From: an uncultured Eubacterium sp.
GTDB taxonomy: Bacteria > Bacillota > Clostridia > Lachnospirales > Lachnospiraceae
DNA length: 57,351 bases
Assembly: GCA_905236235.1 (NCBI GenBank)
Contig: CAJOPA010000084.1
Span: forward strand, 1-57,351
Direction: 5' to 3'
Numbering within the stretch: the stretch's first letter is position 1; the number at the start of each line of letters is the position of its first letter. Below the pieces are notes generated by a model. That model did no database searches. It was given only the letters and a program-made list of their open reading frames with translations, and was not told the origin of the DNA. This document shows, in pieces, positions 20,106-28,031 of this stretch. The translations under genes were made by a program, and so were the position numbers.

Positions 20106-20684
20106 ATGAATGTGATCGACAGGTTTTTGAATGTGATCAACCTGAATCCGGATGATGATTACGAAGATGATGATTATTTAGATGAATATGACGATCCGGA
20201 AGAAGAGGATCTTGAAGAGGAATCTTCATCCAAACGAGGAATTTTTAAACGCAATAAAAACAAAGCCATCGAAGAAGAGGAAGAAGAGGAAGTTAAGCCG
20301 CGCATGGCAGAGGTTCCTCCTCGCAGACCTGCTCCGAGCCCGGAGCCGCAGAGAAAAGTTACTCCATTCAGAACAAACAGAAAGCAGGTGGAAGAATTGG
20401 GCGTTTGCGTGATCAAACCCACATCCATTGATGATGCAAGAGAGATTACCGAGACTCTTTTACGGGGCAGAACCGTTGTCTTAAATCTGGAAGGTGTAAA
20501 TCTTGATGTAGCACAGAGGATCATTGATTTTACATCCGGTTCCTGCTATGCGATCCAGGGTAATTTCCAGAAGATCAACAATTGCATGTTCCTGATCGCT
20601 CCCTCTAATGTAGAAGTGTCCGGAGATTTTGCCGATCTGATCGATCATTTGGGATCCTCCGGCGGCATTATGACAGATTTATAA
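20106..20684 (+). CDS. sepF: Cell division protein SepF
   Basis: 192 aa. Acidic or disordered N-terminal half, and a C-terminal SepF core VCVIKPTSIDDAREITETLLRGRTVVLNLEGV..AQRIIDFTSG. Sits next to ylmE. Confidence 0.9.
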   Translation: MNVIDRFLNVINLNPDDDYEDDDYLDEYDDPEEEDLEEESSSKRGIFKRNKNKAIEEEEEEEVKPRMAEVPPRRPAPSPEPQRKVTPFRTNRKQVEELGVCVIKPTSIDDAREITETLLRGRTVVLNLEGVNLDVAQRIIDFTSGSCYAIQGNFQKINNCMFLIAPSNVEVSGDFADLIDHLGSSGGIMTDL

Positions 20685-20688
20685 TTCT

Positions 20689-21186
20689 ATGTTTAAATGG
20701 AAATATAAAGCAGGAGGGATTTTTATCATCCTTCTTATGCTGTTCGTAGACCAATTCACCAAATTTTTAGCTGTAAAATATCTCAAAGGCGGGGAGCAGG
20801 TTCCCGTTCTCGGAGATATTTTTGTGTTACAATATCTCGAAAACAACGGCGCAGCCTTCGGTATGCTTCAAGGGAAAAAGATCTTTTTCATCCTTCTTAC
20901 CATCGTTGTGGTCGCTGCCGTGACCTTTGTTTATCTTAAGATTCCTCACCAAAAGAAGTATTATCCCTTAAATTTAACGGCGATCCTATTGATCGCGGGT
21001 GCTTTGGGTAATTTCATCGATCGTTTGACACACGTTTACGTTGTGGATTTTTTCTATTTCCAGCTGATCGATTTTCCTGTATTTAATGTAGCGGACATCT
21101 ATGTCACCTTTGCTGCGATCGGTTTGTTTATTTGCTTTTTATTCCTCTATTCGGAAGAGGACTTAAAGGAGGTGTTACATTCTTGA
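20689..21186 (+). CDS. lspA: Lipoprotein signal peptidase II
   Basis: 165 aa with 4 TM segments. Contains NNGAAFGM, GNFIDR and FNVADI. Confidence 0.92.
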   Translation: MFKWKYKAGGIFIILLMLFVDQFTKFLAVKYLKGGEQVPVLGDIFVLQYLENNGAAFGMLQGKKIFFILLTIVVVAAVTFVYLKIPHQKKYYPLNLTAILLIAGALGNFIDRLTHVYVVDFFYFQLIDFPVFNVADIYVTFAAIGLFICFLFLYSEEDLKEVLHS

Positions 21187-22130
21187 ATGTAACGCTTACG
21201 TTTATGGTGTCCCCGGAATATGAGGGAGAACGCCTGGATAAATACCTCAGTCTGATCTATCCCGAAAAATCCCGTTCTTTTTTTCAAAATATCCTAAAAG
21301 AAAAGGCCGTTTCCATCAATGGAGAGACCGTGACAAAGGCAGGGCTTCGCATCCGCGAAGAGGATTGCATATCCGTGACATTGCCCGAAGCCAAACAAAC
21401 CGAGATCCAACCGGTGGATATTCCTTTGGAGATCCTTTACGAAGACGAAGATGTTATTTTGGTGAATAAACCGAAGCACATGGTCGTGCATCCGGCTCCG
21501 GGACATTTTGATGATACATTGGTCAATGCCTTGCTGTATCACTGTAAAGACAGCTTATCCGGCATCGGTGGAGAGATCCGCCCAGGTATCGTGCATCGTA
21601 TCGATCGTGATACGACCGGCGTTCTTGTCGTTTGTAAAAATGATCATTCCCATCAGCATATCGCATCCCAGATCAAAGAACACAGCGTTAAACGCGAATA
21701 TTTCGGCATTGTATGCGGTAATGTGAAAGAAGATAAGGGTACGATCCATACAACGATCGGCAGAGACGAAAAAGACCGCAAAAAGATGTCTGTTCGTGCA
21801 AAAAACGGACGGGATGCCATCACGCATTATGAAGTGTTGGAACGCTTCGGCGAATACACCTATGCCAAATTCATCCTCGAAACCGGTCGTACGCATCAGA
21901 TCCGCGTGCATATGGCATCCATAGGACATCCCTTAGCCGGTGATCCGTTGTACGGACCCAAAAAGAATCCGCTTCATTTCGATGGCCAGGCTTTGCATGC
22001 GGCAACACTTGGATTTATCCATCCGACAACAAAGGTTTACATGGAATTTCAAGCACCCATACCCAAAGAAATGGAGGATGCGCTTCAAAAACTGCGCAGG
22101 AAATCCGGGCAATCGACGATTGACAGATAG
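21183..22130 (+). CDS. rluD: 23S rRNA pseudouridine synthase, RluD subfamily
   Basis: TTG start 10 nt after AAGGAGG (21166-21172), overlapping the lspA stop. The next in-frame ATG is at 21204. S4-like N-terminus, HRIDRDTTGVLV and GRTHQIRVH. Confidence 0.9.
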   Translation: MNVTLTFMVSPEYEGERLDKYLSLIYPEKSRSFFQNILKEKAVSINGETVTKAGLRIREEDCISVTLPEAKQTEIQPVDIPLEILYEDEDVILVNKPKHMVVHPAPGHFDDTLVNALLYHCKDSLSGIGGEIRPGIVHRIDRDTTGVLVVCKNDHSHQHIASQIKEHSVKREYFGIVCGNVKEDKGTIHTTIGRDEKDRKKMSVRAKNGRDAITHYEVLERFGEYTYAKFILETGRTHQIRVHMASIGHPLAGDPLYGPKKNPLHFDGQALHAATLGFIHPTTKVYMEFQAPIPKEMEDALQKLRRKSGQSTIDR

Positions 22131-22159
22131 AACAGAGGATTGTAAAATAGATCTATAAC

Positions 22160-22187
22160 TATTCGCAAAAGACAGCTTTTACGAAAT
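22160..22187. other. Candidate Xer-type core site (11-6-11 imperfect palindrome)
   Basis: TATTCGCAAAA-GACAGC-TTTTACGAAAT. The arms match 8/11 as inverted repeats (8/9 for the inner 9 nt). The site lies 69 nt upstream of the XerS-like gene start. This is architecture only, with no functional evidence. Confidence 0.3.
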
Positions 22188-22255
22188 GTAATTGTGCAAA
22201 ATAGTACAAAAATACGAACTATTACAATTTAAACACGTTTCATGAGGATTCCACT

Positions 22256-23323
22256 ATGGCTGAACGAAGTTACAATGATACGGTCAATGTACAAAACGAA
22301 ATCAAAATACGCGAACAATTAAAAGAGCTTCCGTATTTCTGTAAAGAATTTTTTATCGGAATCGAGCCCAATACCCAATCCAGAACACGATTGGCCTATG
22401 CATATGATCTCGGATTGTTCTTTTATTTTATCAAAGAGACCAATCCCTACTATGCAAAGCAAGATATTAACGCCTTTCCCATCGATATTTTGGACCAGAT
22501 CACTGCCACCGATATCGAGGAATATCTCTCCTATCTGAAATATTACGAAAAAGACGGTGTGGAACACACCAACGACGAACGCGGAATCATGCGTAAACTC
22601 GCAAGTTTACGTAGTTTATACAATTACTTCTATAAGAAAGAAAAGATTGAAAAAAACCCGGCTTTATTGGTAAATATGCCAAAAAATCACCAGAAAAACA
22701 TCATTCGTCTGGATGTTGATGAGGTCGCATCCTTGCTTGACAAGGTAGATTCCGGTGAGGGGTTGACCGATAAACAGAAAATCTATCACGAAAAGACGAA
22801 AATCCGCGACGCAGCCCTGATCACATTGCTTCTTGGCACCGGAATCCGTGTGTCCGAATGCGTGGGTCTCGATATCGATGACGTGGATTTTAAGAATAAC
22901 GGGATTAAAGTCCATCGAAAAGGCGGTGCGGAAACCATCGTTTACTTTGGTGACGAGGTCGAAAAAGCCCTGCGCACCTACCTTGCGGAACGCGAAAACA
23001 TCATCGCCTGCGACGGCCATCAGAATGCTTTATTTTTATCCATGCAGAACAAACGCATCGGTGTACGGTCCGTGGAAAATCTTGTAAAAAAGTACGCCAA
23101 GACCGTTACGCAGTTAAAAAATATCACACCGCACAAATTACGAAGCACCTACGGTACATCTTTATACAGAGAAACCGGGGATATCTACCTCGTGGCGGAT
23201 GTCCTTGGCCACAAAGATGTCAATACCACACGGAAACATTATGCGGCCATTGAGGAAGACAGACGTCGGTATGCTGCCAAAATGGTGAAGCTCAGAGACG
23301 ATTCTCCCCGCGAGGATTCTTAA
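22256..23323 (+). CDS. Tyrosine recombinase, XerS-like (stand-alone Xer/integrase family)
   Basis: 355 aa. Catalytic signature intact: GIRVSE (Arg), HKLRSTYG (His-x-x-Arg), LGHKDVNTTRKHY (His, Tyr). The N-terminal layout and VHRKGG resemble streptococcal XerS as I remember it. Confidence 0.8.
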   Translation: MAERSYNDTVNVQNEIKIREQLKELPYFCKEFFIGIEPNTQSRTRLAYAYDLGLFFYFIKETNPYYAKQDINAFPIDILDQITATDIEEYLSYLKYYEKDGVEHTNDERGIMRKLASLRSLYNYFYKKEKIEKNPALLVNMPKNHQKNIIRLDVDEVASLLDKVDSGEGLTDKQKIYHEKTKIRDAALITLLLGTGIRVSECVGLDIDDVDFKNNGIKVHRKGGAETIVYFGDEVEKALRTYLAERENIIACDGHQNALFLSMQNKRIGVRSVENLVKKYAKTVTQLKNITPHKLRSTYGTSLYRETGDIYLVADVLGHKDVNTTRKHYAAIEEDRRRYAAKMVKLRDDSPREDS

Positions 23324-23357
23324 AGGCTCTTGTTTAAAAGCGCTTATTTAACAGGGT

Positions 23358-25280
23358 TTATCTCACATTCTTTCTTTTGGGCTTTTTGTCTTTCGCTTCG
23401 CCAATCCGGCGCGGAGGGATCAGACATTTTTTCTCAAATCCGATCAGATCCCTTCTGCCGCATGTAAGCAAAGCTTCCTTTACCAGATCATAATTTTTCG
23501 GATCGTTATATTGCATCAGGGCACGTTGCATTGCTTTTTCGTGCGCCGATTTTGCCACATAGATCCTGTTCATGGTCAAGGGATCGATCCCCGTGGCGTA
23601 CATGACGGTTGACATGGTGGAAGGTGTCGGATAAAAATCCTGCACCTGACGGGGGATAAAACCGATCCCATGAATATATTCCGCAAGCTCCACGGCTTCT
23701 TTTAATCCACATCCGGGATGCGAAGACATAAAATACGGAACGGCATACAATTCCGAAGGTTTTTTGCTTGTATTTGTTCCGGATTTGCCCGCATTTCCTC
23801 CTAATTTGTCCATATCGCGGCTTTGCCTATTCTTGCCGACAGAATCCTGAATTCGCGCAAAACGCTTTAAAAATGCGAAATACACCTCTTTGGAGGGTTT
23901 GCCCATCGCTTCCAAAACTTTTTCATTTACATGTTCCGGTGCAACACGTAACTGTCCGCTGATATGATATTTGATCAATTCCCTTAAAAAGGTATCATCC
24001 GGATCATAATATGCATAATCATAACGCACACCGGATCGAACAAAGACCTTCTTGACTCCGTCAAGTTTTCGCAAGGAACGCAATATGTCAAGATATTTCT
24101 CATGCGTGACCTCTAACTGCTTACAAGGCGTCGGTGTCATACAATTCTGATGCTTACAGAGACCTTTCTCCAATTGTTTCTTGCATGACGGCTGCATGAA
24201 ATTCGCCGTGGGTCCGCCGACATCATGAATATATCCCTTAAAATCCTTGTCCTTGATCATGACCTGCGCTTCACGGATTAAAGAATCTTTACTCCGCCCC
24301 TGTACATGACGCCCCTGATGAAACGTCAAAGAGCAAAAATGGCAATTGCCAAAACATCCGCGATTGGATGTCAGGCTGAATTTGATCTCGGAAATCGCAG
24401 GGATCCCGCCGTCTTTATCATACATTGGATGCGCAGCGCGCATATAGGGCAATTCATAAACATCATCCAATTCCATCTCAGAAAGCGGCATGGCGGGTGG
24501 ATTTTGAACCACAAACAGAGAATGGTCATAGCATTCCCATAAAGCTTTTGCCGTGATGGCATCCGTATTTTCATATTGGATACGAAAACTTTGCGCATAG
24601 GATCTCGGTTGATCACAAATCTCTTCATAATCAGGAAGCATGATCCCATCCGTCAAAAGATCTCTGTCCCTGGTCTTAAAAACCGTCCCACGAATAAAGG
24701 AAAGATCCTGCACGCGCAGACCGGACGCTAAAGCATCTGCGATATCCACGACAGCGCGTTCCCCCATGCCATAGATGATAAGATCTGCCCCGGATTCGAG
24801 CAGGATCGAGCGACGCATCTTGTCGGACCAATAATCATAATGTGCAAGCCTTCTGAGACTTGCTTCAATACCACCAAGAATAATGGGAGTCTTTTTGTAG
24901 ATTTTACGGATCAGATTACAATAGACGATATCCGCACGGTCCGGTCGACAGCCCACTCTCCCGCCGGGAGAAAAGGCATCTTCATTACGTTTCTTTTTGG
25001 AAACGGTGTAATGATTGACCATGGAATCCATATTACCGGAACAGACAAGAAAACCCAGACGCGGTTCTCCAAAGACAGAAATGCTCTGTTCATCATGCCA
25101 ATCCGGCTGTGGGATCATGCATACACTATATCCATGGGAAACAAGTACACGACTGATGATCGCCGGAGCAAAGGAAGGATGATCCACATAAGCATCTCCC
25201 GTGACGAAGACAAAATCCGGCTGCGTACATCCGGTGGCAAGCAGTTCTTCTTTCGTGACAGGGAGAAAACCATCAGGCAT
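23358..25280 (-). CDS. ygiQ: YgiQ-family radical SAM protein (UPF0313)
   Basis: Start is at the internal ATG (MPDGFLPVTKEE), 7 nt after GGAG. Contains FVTGDAYVDHPSF and the radical SAM cluster CFGNCHFC. Confidence 0.85.
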   Translation of the reverse strand: MPDGFLPVTKEELLATGCTQPDFVFVTGDAYVDHPSFAPAIISRVLVSHGYSVCMIPQPDWHDEQSISVFGEPRLGFLVCSGNMDSMVNHYTVSKKKRNEDAFSPGGRVGCRPDRADIVYCNLIRKIYKKTPIILGGIEASLRRLAHYDYWSDKMRRSILLESGADLIIYGMGERAVVDIADALASGLRVQDLSFIRGTVFKTRDRDLLTDGIMLPDYEEICDQPRSYAQSFRIQYENTDAITAKALWECYDHSLFVVQNPPAMPLSEMELDDVYELPYMRAAHPMYDKDGGIPAISEIKFSLTSNRGCFGNCHFCSLTFHQGRHVQGRSKDSLIREAQVMIKDKDFKGYIHDVGGPTANFMQPSCKKQLEKGLCKHQNCMTPTPCKQLEVTHEKYLDILRSLRKLDGVKKVFVRSGVRYDYAYYDPDDTFLRELIKYHISGQLRVAPEHVNEKVLEAMGKPSKEVYFAFLKRFARIQDSVGKNRQSRDMDKLGGNAGKSGTNTSKKPSELYAVPYFMSSHPGCGLKEAVELAEYIHGIGFIPRQVQDFYPTPSTMSTVMYATGIDPLTMNRIYVAKSAHEKAMQRALMQYNDPKNYDLVKEALLTCGRRDLIGFEKKCLIPPRRIGEAKDKKPKRKNVR

Positions 25281-25992
25281 GCAGATACTCCTCAATACAA
25301 TTCTCAACACGTGATTGCACCATATCCCGGATCTCTACGGTGTTACGATCTTTATAATCCTCATAAGAGATCGGTGGCAAGAAAACGACCTTCGTATGTA
25401 CGGCCCGCAAAGGAAACGTACCGCGCATCGCTTTGTAGGTGTCGATCAAAGCAACCGGAACAATGGGGACCTTGGCGCGTACGGCGCATTTAAAAGCACC
25501 GGGCTTCATTTCATTTAATTGATTTTCGTTATTATCATAATAACCTTCCGGAAAAATAACGAAAGGCATACCGTCTTTTAAGTCTTCCGTCACTTCATTC
25601 ATCGTCTTTACGGCCTGACGCGGATACGTATTGTCCAGACGCTTTGCATTTAACAGATCCACGATCTCCGTCACGAGCGGCATCTGTCCCGCCTCTTTTT
25701 CAACCACAAAACTGCAGGGACGTTTATGATTCAAAAAGATGGCCAACAGATCAAATTTGCCCTGATGATTGGGGTACATAACATAGGAACCATCGGAAGG
25801 AATATTTTCCACGCCGTAGGCATGGACTTTGACGTGTAGAGAATACCGAACGATATTCATAAGACGAAGAACGTATTTATAACGTTTTTCCAGCGGATAT
25901 TTTTCTTTATTTTTGATCATGCGGTGAAGCGTCGGAAATACGAAAGGATATCTCCAGAAATTGATCAAAATAACATAAATATATCGAAACAT
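25273..25992 (-). CDS. Lysophospholipid (1-acyl-sn-glycerol-3-phosphate) acyltransferase-family protein
   Basis: HX4D motif NHQGKFD and FPEG motif VIFPEGYY. The stop overlaps the ygiQ start by 8 nt. Start is assigned to the ATG preceded by AAGGGA. Confidence 0.8.
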   Translation of the reverse strand: MFRYIYVILINFWRYPFVFPTLHRMIKNKEKYPLEKRYKYVLRLMNIVRYSLHVKVHAYGVENIPSDGSYVMYPNHQGKFDLLAIFLNHKRPCSFVVEKEAGQMPLVTEIVDLLNAKRLDNTYPRQAVKTMNEVTEDLKDGMPFVIFPEGYYDNNENQLNEMKPGAFKCAVRAKVPIVPVALIDTYKAMRGTFPLRAVHTKVVFLPPISYEDYKDRNTVEIRDMVQSRVENCIEEYLHA

Positions 25993-26079
25993 GTCCCATC
26001 CCTTTAACTCAATCATAGAAATCAAAAATACGCTTTATTATAGCAAACATATCGTTAAAAGAAAAGGGAATCCCTATTC

Positions 26080-26643
26080 TTATCTTGTCTTATAAAACTC
26101 CTTTTCAAGCGCAAGTACGCCCTTTGATCTCTCCTTCATAAATTTGCACGGAATCCCGGTATAAATCCCCCAAGGATCCAGCGATTTATTGACCAAAGAC
26201 ATGCTTCCCACGGCAGCACCCTCCCCAAGCGTGACGTCGGGTAAAATCGTAGAGCCTGTCCCAATGATCACATGGCGGTCCAAAGTAACTTTACCGGAAA
26301 TGATATGACGATAATCCTCTCCCACCATCGGATTGGTAAAATAATCGCCACCGTAGTCATCACTCTCGGCATAAATGGCGCTACGCGAGGAAATAGCGGA
26401 AAAATCACGAAATTCAATCCCTGCATTACCGGCAAAAAGATTACATCCTACTGCGATATGGATAAAATTCCCCAACGTAATATTGCCCGATAACAGGCAG
26501 AAATCATCAATCCGCACATGATCGCCGATCACCATACGACCGGCGCCGTAGATCCTGGCATATCGGCTGATCAAAACATGTTCCCCGAGTTTTGCAAATC
26601 CCAAATCCTTTAATTCGTCCTCATTATAATAACTGGAAGCCAT
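26080..26643 (-). CDS. Hexapeptide-repeat (left-handed beta-helix) acyl/acetyltransferase
   Basis: 187 aa with repeated [LIV]-G-x4 hexapeptide turns (VIGDHVRIDDFCLLSGNITLGNFIHIAVGCNL.., IIGTGSTILPDVTLGEGAAVGSMS). Confidence 0.75.
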   Translation of the reverse strand: MASSYYNEDELKDLGFAKLGEHVLISRYARIYGAGRMVIGDHVRIDDFCLLSGNITLGNFIHIAVGCNLFAGNAGIEFRDFSAISSRSAIYAESDDYGGDYFTNPMVGEDYRHIISGKVTLDRHVIIGTGSTILPDVTLGEGAAVGSMSLVNKSLDPWGIYTGIPCKFMKERSKGVLALEKEFYKTR

Positions 26644-26742
26644 AGAAATCTCCTTGCTGTCACATTGCTCATATTAATATTCAAAAGAACCGCTTCCATC
26701 ATGCTATCATAAACTTGGCCGCTTGACAATGAATCCGCCGGC

Positions 26743-27147
26743 TCATTGCAACTCCGTAATCACGGGAACGATCAGATATTCCCCGGCGTGGATCTCATCA
26801 TCCTGTAAGGAATTCATGGACTCTACCATGGAGACATACTCGGAAACGGATACCACATCCGTATCTCCGTAGGATGCAGCTATGGACGTTAACGTATCTC
26901 CGTCCTTTACCTGAATACTCAGGTACGTGATCTCTCCCTCACGTACAGCAGCCTGCGCGGATTTTAAAAAGAACATCCCGAGCAGAACGGACAACAGGAG
27001 AAACATCGCCACACCCAGAATCGTGATCGCGATCATCTTTCTGCGATGCAGCTGACGCACCCTGGCTGCCTTCTTGGCGGCATTGCGCTTCATGATCACA
27101 TCATTTCTGAGATTTTCCCTTAATTCTGCCTGATTCATATACTCCAT
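26743..27147 (-). CDS. LysM-domain membrane protein, YneA-like candidate SOS cell-division inhibitor
   Basis: 134 aa. Basic N-terminus, one TM helix (IAITILGVAMFLLLSVLLGMFFL) and a C-terminal LysM-like segment (YLSIQVKDGDTLTSIAASYG..GEYLIVPV). Divergent from lexA, with LexA boxes in its promoter. The ATG at 27138 has better RBS spacing. Confidence 0.65.
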   Translation of the reverse strand: MEYMNQAELRENLRNDVIMKRNAAKKAARVRQLHRRKMIAITILGVAMFLLLSVLLGMFFLKSAQAAVREGEITYLSIQVKDGDTLTSIAASYGDTDVVSVSEYVSMVESMNSLQDDEIHAGEYLIVPVITELQ

Positions 27148-27202
27148 CCTTTCTACTATTTCCGATCTGTTCCGCCTGCGGCACGAGAACCTTTATTCGT
27201 TG

Positions 27203-27216
27203 CGAACATCTGTTTG
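27203..27216. promoter_or_regulatory. LexA (SOS/Cheo) box 1
   Basis: CGAACATCTGTTTG, one mismatch from the Firmicutes consensus CGAAC-N4-GTTCG. It lies just downstream of the -10 of the LysM-gene promoter. Confidence 0.75.
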
Positions 27217-27221
27217 ATTAC

Positions 27222-27250
27222 AATATAAAACACGAACAGATGTTTGTCAA
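27222..27250 (-). promoter_or_regulatory. Consensus-like promoter of the YneA-like gene
   Basis: On the minus strand: TTGACA (27250-27245), a 17-nt spacer, then TATATT (27227-27222). SOS box 2 occupies the spacer and box 1 follows the -10. Confidence 0.65.
27233..27246. promoter_or_regulatory. LexA (SOS/Cheo) box 2
   Basis: CGAACAGATGTTTG, i.e. GAAC-N4-GTTT with one mismatch. It overlaps the -35/spacer of the minus-strand promoter. Confidence 0.75.
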
Positions 27251-27259
27251 GCAGAAAAT

Positions 27260-27273
27260 CGAACAAATTTTCG
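27260..27273. promoter_or_regulatory. LexA box 3 (weaker)
   Basis: CGAACAAATTTTCG, i.e. GAAC-N4-TTTC. It lies upstream of the lexA -35. Confidence 0.55.
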
Positions 27274-27286
27274 GAATATATGTTTG
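27273..27286. promoter_or_regulatory. Possible degenerate LexA box 4
   Basis: GGAATATATGTTTG, with two half-site mismatches. It abuts the lexA -35. Confidence 0.3.
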
Positions 27287-27312
27287 CTTTTTCAGATATG
27301 CCATGCTACAAT
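27284..27312 (+). promoter_or_regulatory. Candidate lexA promoter
   Basis: TTGCTT (27284-27289), a 17-nt spacer, then TACAAT (27307-27312) preceded by an extended -10 TGc. Located 40 nt upstream of the lexA ATG. Confidence 0.55.
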
Positions 27313-27351
27313 ATTTTTGTAACCAGGGTTTTTGGTATCGAGGAGGTTTGT

Positions 27352-27966
27352 ATGGACAGAGCTGCATTAACCAAACGTCAGGAAAGTATTTTGAATTTTA
27401 TTAAGGATGAGATTTTAAATAAAGGATATCCGCCCACGGTGCGGGATATCTGCGATCATGTCAATCTGCGTTCCACTTCCACCGCGCATGCGCATTTGGA
27501 AGCCTTGGAGAAAAAGGGCTATATCCGCCGAGATCCGGCCAAGCCGCGTGCGATCGAGATCCTGGATGATGATTTCCAACTGGCTCGGCGCGAGGTGGTC
27601 AATGTCCCCATGGTGGGGCGTGTTGCTGCAGGCGCTCCGATCCTGGCTACGGAAAATATTGAGAATTACTTTCCGATCCCCGCGGAATACATGCCCAATG
27701 TGTCTACCTTTGCTCTGCGGGTTAAGGGTGAGAGTATGATCAATGCCGGGATCATGCACAATGACCTGATCCTCGTACAGCAGCAGTCCACTGCCAGAAA
27801 CGGTGAGATCGTGGTGGCTCTCGTTGACGATTCCGCCACGGTAAAGACGTTTTATAAAGAAGACGGCCATATTCGTCTGCAACCCGAAAACGACACCATG
27901 GATCCCATGATCTTTGAGGATGTTACGATTTTGGGGAAGGTATTCGGGGTGATCCGTCTGTTCTAA
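27352..27966 (+). CDS. lexA: SOS repressor LexA
   Basis: Starts at the internal ATG 5 nt after AGGAGG (27341-27346). Winged-helix N-terminus ([28 protein letters not shown]), Ala-Gly cleavage site VAAGAP, and catalytic GESM and VKTF. Confidence 0.95.
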   Translation: MDRAALTKRQESILNFIKDEILNKGYPPTVRDICDHVNLRSTSTAHAHLEALEKKGYIRRDPAKPRAIEILDDDFQLARREVVNVPMVGRVAAGAPILATENIENYFPIPAEYMPNVSTFALRVKGESMINAGIMHNDLILVQQQSTARNGEIVVALVDDSATVKTFYKEDGHIRLQPENDTMDPMIFEDVTILGKVFGVIRLF

Positions 27967-27985
27967 AACGATCGTGATATGATTT

Positions 27986-28031
27986 CAAAAAAATATCGAC
28001 AGTGAAGATCCTATAATTCTTCACTGTCGAT
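27986..28031 (-). terminator. Intrinsic terminator after rsfS (hairpin also faces the lexA 3' end)
   Basis: Perfect 14-bp stem ATCGACAGTGAAGA / TCTTCACTGTCGAT (27995-28008 and 28018-28031) with a 9-nt loop. A T7 run follows on the minus strand. The right arm covers the last 6 sense codons of rsfS. Confidence 0.75.

Noticed and set aside
22139-22223. Loose direct repeat ATTGT(A/GC)AAAATAG ... (T/G)AACTATT, present twice upstream of the recombinase gene
   Set aside because: The internal spacing differs (18 versus 26 nt), and the sequence is AT-rich and low-complexity, so chance similarity is likely.
22256-23323. Recombinase gene as a marker of an integrated mobile element or genomic island
   Set aside because: There are no flanking phage, IS, conjugation or cargo genes. 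The neighbours are rluD and ygiQ, I saw no direct-repeat att scars, and the gene density and composition look like the rest of the window.
23324-23357. Imperfect AT-rich palindrome around AAGCGCTT in the convergent gap, considered as a bidirectional terminator or dif site
   Set aside because: The stem needs a bulge and is almost all A-T. The central AGCGCT leaves no loop, and it does not have dif-like 11-6-11 geometry.
24840-25493. 217-aa + strand ORF across the ygiQ / plsC-like junction
   Set aside because: It is antisense to two well-supported genes. The Arg/Ser/Thr-rich translation has no recognisable motif.
26684-26697. GAAC-N4-TTCC partial match to a LexA box upstream of the hexapeptide acyltransferase
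   Set aside because: The second half-site is poor, and the site lies downstream of the LysM gene rather than in a promoter. It is probably chance.
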